From positions 313,162,001-313,226,000 of the forward strand of contig OZ024740.1 of assembly GCA_964016885.1 (NCBI GenBank): a stretch of DNA of 64,000 nt, read 5' to 3'. Of this stretch, positions 11,360 to 23,679 are shown piece by piece. Under the pieces are notes generated by a model that made no database searches, was not told where the DNA came from, and saw nothing but the letters and a program-made list of their open reading frames with translations. How positions within the stretch are numbered: position 1 is the first letter of the stretch; the number at the start of each line of letters is the position of its first letter. Source of the DNA: Eledone cirrhosa (lineage: Eukaryota). A program made the position numbers and the translations under genes.

Positions 11360-12474
11360 ACTTATATATATATTTATCTATATACAGGTCACGTAGCTAT
11401 GTCTACTTATACAGATTTATTCTTGGCTTGGTTTTCTACTGGTGGATGCCATTCTTAAGCAAAGCACATTACAGTGTGTTCTGGGAGCTTTTCTTGTGGT
11501 ACTAGCATTACCACCTTACAGAGTGACTGGGTTCTTTTTGTGATGGCACTAGTATGACCACCTTACAAAGTAGACTGACTGCTTTTTTTGTCGTAGTACC
11601 AGCACAACCACCTAACAGGGTGGACTGGGTGCTTTTTGACATGGCACCAGTATGACCAGCTTTTATTTTTTCATGACATCACATATAATATCTATGTATA
11701 CATATATATGAGGAAGAACTTAGCATTCATAATCACCTGCCTATCCAATGTTCTAAAAAGTCAATCTGAATATGGTTTACTGAAGAGATCTAATAAGATT
11801 GAAACATTTCTGTTGCTTTCAACAAGTTGGATTATAGACAAGGTTCACTCCCACTGCATTGTATTAAACAGGTAGTATATTAAGACTACCACACAAGAAA
11901 ATCAGATATATCCAAATTACTATTGAGTACAAACAACAGAGGTAATACTGATGATTGATCAGTCAAATTCCGGTGTGTAATAAGATTTTCTTTGATTTCC
12001 AGATACACAAATTAAGGCAGCCAGATAGGCTAAGCTAATTCTGTTTGGGATATTTAATCATACATCAATATTCTCTTTCTTTTACATATGATCCAAGATG
12101 TTTAAACATACATGCACACACACACACACACAGGCAAATATGTATATGTACATATCTAGGTGTATAGATATACATGTATGTATATGTGCGCATGTACACA
12201 TTTACACATATATGTACACAAACCTAATAATACATTTCATGAAGGTATATAGAATTAAGTCTACTGCCAGAAATATAATGAGATTCCTGCTTTAGATTTG
12301 AACTTGTGTGTGTAGACAGACAGACAGACATCTCTATATATAAAAGACCAAGTCACATGACACTTGTTTTTGTTGGTTCTCTCATGGTAATAAGACAAAT
12401 GTGAAAGTAGGAGATTAGCAAAAGACAGAGAGAATGTATGACAGTAGGAGAATTAAAATGATTGTGATTAGGCA

Positions 12475-12670
12475 ATGGAGATTTCTAGTGTCCTTGGCCC
12501 TAGGATAACCTCCCTACTCACTACCATCGGCACTGAGTGGGCTACCCACAGGTGTGAGCCTCGCAAGCTGGAATATCTCTTCCAACACATGTCCCTCCCT
12601 ATCCTCTGGAGAAACACCTTCTTTATTCTGTCTTCCAGGATTGTGGGGTGGCCAGCATGTGGGCTCCTAT
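12475..12670 (+). mobile_element. Degenerate CRE-clade LINE 3' fragment
   Basis: Translation (TSLLTTIGTEWATHRCEPRKLEYLFQHMSL) matches the end of the 18062 element. Confidence 0.75.
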
Positions 12671-13034
12671 TTGCTTATAATAGTGACAGAGGCAGTGAGT
12701 GAAAGAGAGAGAACATCTATGCACACATGCACTTGATAAAACTGTATTAAACAGGTATTAAACTGATAAACTACAGAAAACAAAACCAAAGCTGGATTAC
12801 AGTGACAGACTAAGAAATGAGAGAGAAAAAGACAGGGTAAGAGTTTAGAGGGAATTATATTTCAAAATAACTCAATATAAAAGGTAGTCATTCAAGAAGT
12901 GTCATGTAAAGTTCAGTTAAACAACATACTACCTGCCATATTGATGATTACAACGGTCAAGGAAAATTCCATACTTAAATAAACTAGAGTTGTTCTATCT
13001 GACTTTTCAAAATAGAGATTGTTTTGGTACTATC

Positions 13035-13655
13035 ATCATAATCACTACTGTTTAATGTCCATTTCCCACGCAAGCATGGGTTAGACAAGTTGTCCCAATG
13101 TGAGACAAGTCAGATCAGATAACAGCTGGATGTCAACCACATTTAGAGTGTTGACTGGGTGCCTTTCATCGTGGCACCAAAACGACCACTTTTCAGTTTG
13201 GACTGGAGACTTTTTGTCATGGCACCAACACAACCACATTACTGTGTAGACAGGGTGCTTTTTGTCATGACACCTACATGACCACTTTACAGTGTAGGCA
13301 GGTTGCCTTTTGTCACAACACCTACACAACCACTTTACAGTGTGGACTGGGTACCTTTTATCATGACACCAACACAGTCACTTTACAGTGTGAACTGGGT
13401 GCTTTTTGTTGTGTCACCAACACAACCACTTTACAGTGTGGGTTGGATGCTTTTTATCATCGCACCAACACAACCATTTTACAGTGTCGACTGGGTGCCT
13501 TATTTTGGCACCAACACAACCACGTTACAGTGTAGACAGGGTACCTTTTGTCATGACACCTACACGACCACTTTACAGTGTGGACTGGGTGCCTTTTATT
13601 TTGGTACCAACACAACCACTTTATTCTGTGGACTGGGTACCTTTTATCATGACAC
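13035..13655 (-). repeat. RTE-tail-derived element with a ~48-bp minisatellite (~11 units)
   Basis: Unit gacaccaacacaaccactttacagtgtggactgggtgctttttgtcat. The same unit occurs at 9935-10045, 11460-11660, 27000-27180 and 29480-29690. Confidence 0.85.
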
Positions 13656-14608
13656 GAACACATACACATACACACTGGGTATATTAACAAATGGTAACTT
13701 TCTAAAGAAGTTAATGGTTTCTTTGCCTTTCATCCTTACGGGGTCGATAAAATAAAGTACCAGTAATGAACTGTGTAATTGCTGGCCTTGTGCCAAAAGT
13801 AGAAACAATTATATGAATAAAGACTGACCCATTTATTTTTAGAAATTTCTGATCATCCTATCTACCTGAAAAGCATGTTTGGTTAAACCAAATACATGAT
13901 ATTCAGTTGCCACAATGAGCCACAATAATTGTCAGATTACAATAGCATTACTACCACCATCTCTAGTGTACTACCTACAACATAACCAAACAATGAAGGT
14001 ATTGTTTTGTAGTCATTGGGCCTGCTGGAAATAGTGGCCAAATTGCCTTCAAATCATAACTTAACATTTAAAAAAGGAAAAGACATTGGATAATCTAGAA
14101 AGGATCACCCAATAAAGAATGAGGTCATAAATGGAATGGCTTTGCTCCTAAGTCTGATCAAAGAAGACTGACTTTCTGTTGAAGGGACACTATTCATGAC
14201 AACATGTCTAACATAGGAGCCTTTATATGGTTGCTGAATCTGCTAGAAATAGATACCAAATCTCTCTTAAATCACACCCTAGTCGTCATAAATAAGAAAA
14301 AGAAACATTCAATAATGTAGTCCTACATACCACAAAAGAGACAAAATGTTCATGGCTGGAATACTTTTGGTCACAATTCTGCTCAAACATATCCAAAATA
14401 ACTGGTATTTATTGAGAAATTATTAGACCACCATATCAATCGTGGTTCATTGTAGCTGCTTTGTTATCACTCTAGGCACTGAAGACCTATCCAGGGAAGA
14501 TTGTCTTTCATCAACCAAACATATATGAAACCTGGTAACTTGGGCTATTGATTGGTCAATTCTTATCTCCCAGATCTCTTTCCATGGCATGATAGTACAT
14601 AATATATA

Positions 14609-15318
14609 TGAGGGCAAGTCAAAAATTATCCACACTTTCACTATAGCATTTCTTTAGGTTTGTCACCTAACGTTGGTACTGTTGTGATCACGTAATTGAA
14701 GTTTGAGCTTGATCGCTGACATTACAGTGTAAACATGGCTGCTTTGCTAGCAGTGTATACAGGATGTTTCCATTTATACTCTATCTTTTGGATTTTGGCT
14801 CATAGTGATGGACTCATGTTTCATCTTCTGTGACTATTCTGCGAAAAAATTCTTCTCCTTCATTATTGTAGCAGTCAAGTAAACATTGGCAGACCTCAAC
14901 ATGTTTGTACTTGTACTCTGTGGTAAGCTCTCTTGGCACCCATCTTGCACAGACGTTATGGAAGCTGAGCTCCTCATGGGTGATTTGATAGACAGAACTA
15001 TGACTAATCTGCTGAGAACATGCAACCTTATCAATGATAACTCACCAGTTCACCATTACCATCTCTCAAGCTTACTGAATCTTCTCGTGGGTGGTGGTTG
15101 ACAGGCATCCTGTTCCTTCACCGTGCATCATGCTTGTTTAATCTTCTTTATCCACTCATACACACTTCTACATGGTAGTGCACTGTTGCCGTATTGTGTT
15201 AAAAGCCTCCGATGAATTTCAGCCCTTGACGCATCTTCTGACAAGAGAAATCGGATCGCTACTCTTTGTTCCTCCTTGGTGCTTACTGCTAGCAGAGCAG
15301 GCATGTTTACACTGTAAT
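14609..15318 (-). mobile_element. Mariner transposase remnant with rearranged 5' end
   Basis: TIR-like TA-TGAGGGCAAGTCAAAAATTATCC at 14609. Minus strand reads MPALLAVSTKEEQRVAIRFL...AEIHRRL and RIVTEDET*VHHYEPKSKR. Confidence 0.85.
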
Positions 15319-16659
15319 TTAGTTTGTATTACTATTAGTATTACTAATACAGTAATACAATACAATTTATATAAGAGATTTTGAAAAAAAAATGAAATAG
15401 TTTTTAATAAATTTATGAAGAAATGTACTAAAATTCATTTTTTTTTTCTCAAAATCTTGTAAAACCACGGGGCATCTTATATGAAGGGATATCCAATAGG
15501 CCAGCAAATATGGTAATTCTAATTGTTTTGGTAAATACAGAAAACAGTTCTGAATGTGTTTTGATTTTATTCAACTTCCTGATCAAAGCATAACCTTCCC
15601 CATACTTGCCAAAGCATTGATGAGTCACTGTATATAGACTAATCTAGTTTTTATTTATGGTCGATTATAGACTAATCAAGTTTTATTTATGGTCGATTTT
15701 ATGCATGTTATACAGTTCTGGTAGCTTTATGTTTAGCGTATTTTATAGAGGCAAAATGACTGGGTGGATAACGTACTTTCTCAGAATTTGCAAGTTCAAA
15801 TCTATTATTGGACAGAACTCTTTATTCTACATTCTCAGTTTACATGTCAACACTAGGTACTAGATTTCCTGGGAATGTTACCTATGCAAGTCTGGCTTCT
15901 TAACTGGAAGGTTCATCTCTGCTATGGTCATATCATTGTGTTTCAGGGAAGAACTCTTTTTTTTTCTACATTACCTCAGTTTACTTAGATAACATTCCCA
16001 GATGATTTGTGAAGGAAATTTATATCTCATCTGTTTTATGTCATGGAGCCACAGTTTATAAGTACTGATACTTAAAGTCTCTTTGAAGCTTAAGAGACAT
16101 TTGCATAATAATATTGTCTTATGTTTTATATGAGGTATTGTTGCTGTGTGGTTAAGAAGTTTGCTTTGTAACTGTGTGGCTTTGGGTTTGTTTCGCTCTG
16201 CAGCAGCTAGGGCAGGGGTCTTTGTTCTATTATAGCTTCAGGTCAACCAAATCGTTATGAGTGAAATTTGGTTGACTGTGAAACTGTGGAAGTTCATTGG
16301 ATGAAGTATATCTGTTTTGGAATGAGAGCCTTAATCTGTTGTTCAGTACTTTTAGTAGAGTACACTCTGATCTCAGAATAAATTCCTCTTACCAGTCTTG
16401 AAAGCCAGGAAAGGGTTATACAGAATGTCCTTAATGTCTGGACAACAATGTGGTGTTAATACATCAAGTTCACAGGAATCTCACAAAGCACATCAAACTT
16501 TACATCACACATGTTGGAAATCACATTGAAGATGTTATTTATTAATATTTAATTAAATAAAATGTTGAATTTTTTTATTGAAAATAGATATTTAGCCTAC
16601 GCGTCCAAACTTTGGGGATACCCTGTAGATGCTGCTTTTTTCCCTCTGATTAAAGGGTA

Positions 16660-16896
16660 TCTATATATTACTAAAATTCTGTTGTTGCTTGCTTGCTTGT
16701 CTGTAATGTAATACAGCCAAAAGGGCACATAATGGGAAAATGGGAATACAAATGGAATAAACCAAGTTTCGCATAAATTGGACCACAGGTTCCTGAGATA
16801 TGGGTTTTTTCCAGGTACTTTCATAAACAGAGAGACATAGAGAGAGGGAGAGGAGACAGATAAGGAGAGAGAGAGAGAGAGGTGGTGTTGTGTATA

Positions 16897-16938
<42 letters not shown>

Positions 16939-17133
16939 AGTGTGTGTGTGTGTCTATGACCAGTGTATATAGATCACAGACACCCACATATATATATGGG
17001 CGTTCCAGTTTCATTTCACGTTATATACATGTCTGTGTATATTTGAATTATTCAAAAATTATTTTTAAGTGAACATGATTTTTTAAAAAATATTTTGAAG
17101 CGAACGTGACCCAACGGGTCACTTGTAATCTAG
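16660..17133 (+). mobile_element. Non-autonomous Helitron-like element
   Basis: 5' A|TCTATATAT; 3' hairpin gtgaccc-aac-gggtcac followed by CTAG|T; internal microsatellites. Confidence 0.7.
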
Positions 17134-18061
17134 TTTACTACTAAAACTATAAGATAAAAATATAGTTCTGCCTGTCTAATTGTCACTAATTCTTATCAAA
17201 GCTGAAGTTTCTTTTGTTTAGCCTTAAATTGGTCCTGATCAAGCATACCTATGATTATAGACATTCCATTCATGACCACCCCATCAATTTGTATATCCTT
17301 TACATCATTCGATGTGTTCTTCCTTTTTTAAGATAGTAAAGTGTGATTTGAGATTTGGCTGCTATTTTAGCAGGTCAAGGAAAAATCATTTCAAGAAATT
17401 AATAATAAATTTAAAAAAGATAATGGCTTCTGATTTAGGCACAAGTCCAACGATTTTTGGGGAGAGGAAAGTCAATTTAGCAAGGATGAAAGGCAAAACT
17501 AACCTCAACGGGATTTTAATTCAGAATGCAACTACATGCTGCTAAGCATGGTGTCCGACGCTATACTGATACTGCCAATTAAAATAATTGTTTCTACCTT
17601 TGGCACAAGGCCAGCAATTACCCAGTACATTACTGGTACTTTATTTTATCGACCCCGCAAGGATGAAAGGCAAATTAAACTGCCAATTAAAATAATAATA
17701 ATAATTTTCTTGCTTAAGGGAAAATCCTATTTTTGTTAGTGCTGATACAGAAAAAAAGGGGGGGGGGTTAGACAAATTTGGGGCCAGAAGTAATTTGTAT
17801 AATATTAAACAAAATTGGGTTAAGGGAAATAACTTAAATACACTAATGGCATGACTCAAGATAAATTACGTAGGCATTGATTACGTAAGCAAACAATTTT
17901 AATGACTTGACATTAGAGAAAGAAAGCAACTTGTAACTTCATCTTTCTCTCTTTGTTCTATACCTGTATACCAACTTTCGTTCGTTCATTGATTAAAGAT
18001 TTTGTAAGGTATGCCATTCTTTATCGACAGTCATAGCACCAGATGAAAGAATGGTATTTAA

Positions 18062-18880
18062 CTAATGTATTGGTACGCGATGGGGCCCACTCACAGCCCC
18101 GGCGGACAAAATGGAGAAGGCGTTTCCCCGGAGGACGGCAAGGGAGACGCGCTGGAAAAGCCACTCCAACTCGCGGGGATCACACCTACGGCTGGCCAGC
18201 TCAGCGCCTATGGTGGTGAGTAAGGAGGTAGCCCTGGGGCTGAGGACACCAGAAGTTTCCACCGCCAGGGGAACGACCGCAAATCTGTCGGGGAGCGACC
18301 GGTATTTGAGGAGTTTGGCCCCCTCAGCCCGACGTGCAGCAGAACCTGGGTCAGTCGCAGACTGCACCAGGTTGCGGCTACAGAAAGTGTCGGTGCAAGT
18401 GGCATCCCAGACGAGGGGTTTGCCACCGCGTAACGGGAAGATGGTCATGCCATCTGGCCTTTTGCCGTCCCCTTGGTCCAGCCCCACCGGCTCGAGCTGG
18501 GAAGGGAAGCCTGCAGCGTCCAAGCCATGCTTAATGACCTCGTTGAGGGCAGTATGGCGTGGAATGCTGCCGGCACTGTGGCGACAGGAAAGCGGGTGGA
18601 GGCCGAAGAGTCCACGGTGGAACCGCAGCGACATTGGTGTGGCTGGCAGATCCGGAGGCCGAGCCTCAGAGAAACGCCGATTCGCAGGCTATGGTTGTCT
18701 AGCTGCGTGCCAGTGGAGAAGGATGGCAGAGCATGGAGCCAGGCACCACTGTTGGATTTGGAGGCCACACGAAAACAAGCAAGGCGGTGCTGGTCGAGCT
18801 GGCGCGTGAGCCTGTCTGAGGCCAGGCTGCACTGGATGGCATCCCAAGTGCGTTGGGGGGACTTGACGTCAACAGGGGGA
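18062..18880 (-). mobile_element. CRE-clade non-LTR retrotransposon 3' portion (CCHC finger + restriction-like endonuclease)
   Basis: GAWLHALP, LRLG, C.CG...H.LSC, RH..LN, RPDG....WD, E..K..KY, P.AVET.G, RGNA motifs; one frameshift near 18610; GC-rich. Confidence 0.92.
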
Positions 18881-18974
18881 TGTAAATTACTACTAGTTAA
18901 AAGTTTGTGTTGACTGTACAGCACTGATAAGGTTCATTATCCCTGTCAACAAAGATAGAAGTTTCCTTTAAGTA

Positions 18975-19335
18975 CTCCAGGGTCTCGAATAATCTCCACC
19001 TATTAATATTTTCAGATGTCCCCCCCCCCCCCCCCACACACACACACTTATTAAATTTTACTAATCTATCTCTGAAGAAATATTTTAAGTGGTAGCATGC
19101 GTGCAACAATTAATTTTCTATATACATTAAAAAACATTATACATGAGAAAAAGAAAGTACATTACTAGAAATCCCATACGTTATAAAATAAATAGGATGC
19201 GTTGGGGACGGCTCAATATGTAAACTAAACAACTAATTCTGTTGTTTTTTTTAATCAACGGAGACAACCTAGACAAATTACCAATTTTCCACCCTCCCCA
19301 CATATTCCGCTCCTCTATTATTTGGGACCTGAGAA
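18975..19335 (+). mobile_element. TA-flanked MITE
   Basis: Imperfect TIRs ctccagggtctcgaataat / attatttgggacctgagaa. Inverted copy at 21581-21881; partial copy near 63895-63970. Confidence 0.75.
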
Positions 19336-20472
19336 TATGCGAATTATATTTTTAAAACTATTATTTCCCTTTTTTCTTTCCTGTCCTTTCCTTTGTAAGT
19401 TGCTATCTATTACCACAGTTTTTATAATTATTTTTCCAACTAAGAGGGAAATTTCAATTCATTAAGAATTTTTGTTGCACAATAAGATGAGGGGAGGGTT
19501 GCAGTGAGCGCTTTCTGTCTAGAGGATGTTTGCTACTAATCTTTTTTTCCAGCTACGGGAAAATTCGATTCATTAACAATTTTTTGCACGTCATTCATCA
19601 ACAACTAATTAATTCATTCTAACCCATCGCGGCAGGATTTGAACTCAGAACGGCTCTTTGCGTTCTGAGTTCAAATCCCGCCGCGGTTAGCTTTGCCTTT
19701 CATCCTTACGGGGGTCAAAAAAATAAAATACCAGTAATGCATGGTGTTTATTTAATACTCCCCCCCCCCCCCCACACACACACACGCAAAAAAAAAAAAA
19801 TTTGCTGGCCTTGTGCCTAAAGTAGAAATCATTAATAGAGTTATTTCCCTTACCTCCATTTTGCTTAATCTTCCCTGTTATCTCTTTTGATAATGGGACA
19901 TTTGATCTTAGCTTCTAAACGCTGTATAGACTCTTCCTAAAACCAGATAGAATACTTTGCACGATTCCTTCCAGTTCTCAGCATTCTAACTTTAAATCTC
20001 AACTAGGCTAATATTGTTTTCATCTCTTCTGGTTTAATAAAAAAGAAAGGAATCGATCGACAAGTTCCCAGGCCCCATTTGCTTATCGAGTTGAGTGGAA
20101 CTCATCAAATCAGATCAAGGAAACATTGTTTCCATTGCTGATACTATCTACTGGTCATAACTCCTGACAGAAAGAGCAACTTGAAATAAAGTGTCTTGCT
20201 TAACGACATAATGCATTGCCCGGTCTGGGAATTGAACTTGCAACCTCATCATTGGCAATCCAATTCTCTAACCACTAAGCCACGCACCTTCACTTAAATA
20301 AAGTATAATTCATTACTGGAATCATTCTTCTTGAATATATGTTCGTACTCTCTCTCTTTTACTGTGTATATATCAAAGTTAGTTAAACTATGCCAACTGT
20401 GCTGCTGTGTAAAAATAGAAATAAGACATAAAAACAAAATGCAAATTTCAATTATTTTTCTTTTATTCACAG

Positions 20473-20559
20473 AATATCCAGATTGCCTGTTAGTGAATAA
20501 ACGACAAAAATGTGAAATGAAATCTCCACCAAAGATATATGCTGTGGGTAAAAGTTCTG
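20473..20559 (+). CDS. NOPCHAP1: NOPCHAP1-like exon 2, (K)YPDCLLVNKRQKCEMKSPPKIYAVGKSS(V)
   Basis: Acceptor ttttattcacAG, donor G|GTATGT, 87 nt, phase 1-1. DCLLVN resembles DRLLIN of the vertebrate protein. Confidence 0.8.
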
Positions 20560-20694
20560 GTATGTATATTGTGATTACATATTGTATATTTGTAAAAATA
20601 CCATGTCCAATCATAACAAGCTATGTGCAGGTGCAAACGTACATATGTTCTGCAATTCAGTTTTAAATAATGTGTGTCAGAGAGAAAGACATAT

Positions 20695-20758
<64 letters not shown>

Positions 20759-21580
20759 TAGGGGTAAGGAAGAAGAAAGAGAAACAGGCAACTTTCTCTG
20801 TTCTGTAAAGAAAGAAGAGAGATGAGGTGTCAGAGAATATGGCAGTAAGAATATATAAAAATAGATAGAACATTGCATATAGGTAAACACTTCTAAAAGT
20901 AAGTAACTTTGATTAAATAAAATTGTTTGTAATACTCCCATCATTGTATATTTCTGCTTATATAAGGTTTTAATTACATAAATTATAAAAAAATATTAAC
21001 AACTTGAAAGTAATCAGTTTTGGCTTTTATTTCTAACATGTTCAACGGCCATATAGGCAATCACCTTCAAACGTGTGTGTATACATATTTATATATAGAC
21101 TGATTGAATTTGCAAGCATGATTTTTTTCTCTCTTTTTTTTTTTTTTGTTCCTTCCTCTTCTCACTTTTTATCTTTCTATTTCATCTTTTATTTCTCGTA
21201 CTATCTTCTGATTATGAACTAGAATCTGAAATGTTAAGACTGTCTTCCTATTGTTTCAAGCATTAAACTAATAAGATGTCATTTGAGGGAAATATGACTG
21301 CTCTTTCTAACAAACAGAGCAACCAAATAGGGGCTCCATTATAGTCTGGTGTGTTTGAGGAATGCTCGGAAATGTAATGGTGGGAAGTAGAGGTTATAGT
21401 TTGCTGCAATGAAAAACTGTGTTCCAGTTGGTCTTTCATTTGGATTAGTTTAGTTTGGTTGTGAATCTATTCGATGGATGTGATCTGGAAATTTTTATTT
21501 AGTCTGTCTAGATTTATCTCCCTTACATCTTTTAGTTTTCTAACTGTCTGTTAGAGCTGACGGTGAATAAGTTTTTCTTA

Positions 21581-21881
21581 CTCTCGGGTCCCAAATAATA
21601 GAGTGGGGGAGGGGGTTCAGGAATTTTTCTAGGTTGCCTCTATTTATTTTTTTTTTAAATCCATAATTAGTCGTTTAGTTTACATACTGAGACCCCAATT
21701 CATCCTATTTATATTATAACATGGGATTTCTAGTAATGACTTTTTTGTCACATAATGTTTTTTAATGTCTAAAGAAAATTGTCACAGGAATGCTACCACT
21801 TAAAATAAAATTTTCCTGGAGACAGATTAACAAAAATTAATAAGCAAGGGGTGGTGGTGGCGATTATTCGAGACCAGTGAG
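21581..21881 (-). mobile_element. TA-flanked MITE, inverted copy of 18975-19335
   Basis: TA-ctctcgggtcccaaataat ... attattcgagaccagtgag-TA; interior is the reverse complement of the first copy. Confidence 0.75.
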
Positions 21882-22196
21882 TATTTGTTGTGAATTATCC
21901 AGCAGACGTGTAGTAATGGTTACGGAATAAAATATTAGTCTGCCTAGATTTATCTCCCTTACATTTCCTAGTTTTCTAACCGTCTGTGAATAAGTTTCTC
22001 TTATGTATAGGTAAATAAGTATCGATAGCCAGTGAAGGCGCGTGGCTTAGTGGTTAGGGCATTGAGATCACAACTGTAAAATTATATTCTTTATTTCACG
22101 TTGCTGCAGTTCACTCAGCTGTAGAAATGAGTTGCAAGCTGTATTTACCATTTCTTTCCCTTGGGAACATCCATAGCATATTTCTACTTTCTTTAT

Positions 22197-22233
<37 letters not shown>

Positions 22234-23554
22234 ATAATAACAGTTTCTGATTAAGACACAAGGCCAACAATTTTGAGGGGAGGGGTAAATCAAATAAATC
22301 GACCCCAGTGCGTTACTGGTACTTTATTTTATTGACCCCATGAGGATGAAAGGCAAAGTTAACCGCGGCAGGATCTGAACTCAAAAGGAACACAATTGTA
22401 TGCCACAAAGCCAATATACTGCACTAGTCTGAATATATGATAAAAGGAAATGTAAGTATGTTGCAAGTTGTCAGTCACAGTTTAACGCTTCAGTAGCTGA
22501 AATTTTGTGTAGGGCACGCCTGTTCAAAAAGAAGTAGTTATAGGCAATGTGACTTTTTCTTAAATTTGTTCTGCACTGCTGCTGATTCCACACATCAGTT
22601 TACTGTGTTCGGGTTCGCTTCCTGCACCAGACCTCCAGACATGCACCACCAACATGAGAAGTAACTTTTTTTTTTTTCTAAATACTTCTACTCCGAATGG
22701 CCTAAATGCACTGCCCGTCATCTGAGAATATTGTTTATCCCTAAGAACTGCAATAGACATTGGAAAAAGTTACTGATAAAAATACTGCATATACTCTAAT
22801 ATAAGCTGATACAAATATAAGCCAACCCTACTATTTTATGTCTGAGAAATGGGCAAAAATCCAAACCTTAGTTATGTGAAAATCATCAAAATATTAATCC
22901 CGAATATAAGCTGACCCCCTCCTTCCCTCCCCTCTTCTACCATCGACTATTCCTTAGCTTATATCTAAGTATATATATGGTAATTTGTTTAGAGTAATTG
23001 TGTGAATTTTGTACAGTATTGAAAAACATTTAAAATACAAGTACAACATTTCATTTTATGTTCTGCATTTATTTCTTTATGCATTTTTATAAAACTCATG
23101 TTGAACCATCTTTTTGAATTTATGGAATCAACAATTCTGAGTGAATTAACATTCCCAGACCAACTGAATATTGTCAGCATTTTTTTTAAAGCAATTAATC
23201 TAGAATATACTGAATTCATGGGATTATATTTATTTTAGGGTGTTAATAAACCCAGACAAAGCCAGGTGTTGCTTGTAATACTATTACCATATATACTCGA
23301 ATGGTGGGTGGGCAGCTTATATTTGCCATCTAAACATAATGTGTTGATTAGCTGCCTCAGCTTATAAATGGAGCTGGCTTTTATTCAGATCAGCTTATAT
23401 TTGAGTATATGCAACAATTCAAAAGTAACTGCCTTTAAAATTTTGACAAATGAACATTTTCATAAAATGTTTACCAAAATAAGTTAACTTTCATTAATGA
23501 AATAAATTAAATTTATTTTTATAATTCTTCTTATATTCTTTATGTTACTTACAG

Positions 23555-23679
23555 TTTTAGAATCTGTCCAGAAATTTATTCCTGAAATTGCAAAAGCTAA
23601 TGCTAAACTGTCGCAAGAAAACCTCTCCAACCTGAACATTGAAAATATTGATAAAAATGATCAGAACATTATTGAAATG
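23555..23679 (+). CDS. NOPCHAP1: NOPCHAP1-like exon 3, VLESVQKFIPEIAKANAKLSQENLSNLNIENIDKNDQNIIEM
   Basis: Acceptor ttacttacAG, donor ATG|GTATGT. Matches the recalled DUF4598 core L.QV..FLP.MA.AN..L...FNIENID.....I.M. Confidence 0.9.

Noticed and set aside
13135-13655. CRISPR-like regular repeat array (also 27921-28440 and 47530-47805)
   Set aside because: Whole units are repeated with no unique spacers, no cas genes, and a eukaryotic context; these are minisatellites.
18111-18913. Plus-strand ORFs of 146-232 aa
   Set aside because: Antisense shadows of the GC-rich CRE ORF.
21204-21239. tctt-CTGATTA-...-GAAA-tgtt-aaga
   Set aside because: Probably a dead PLE hammerhead; the core is mutated and stem II is unpaired, so it is not called.
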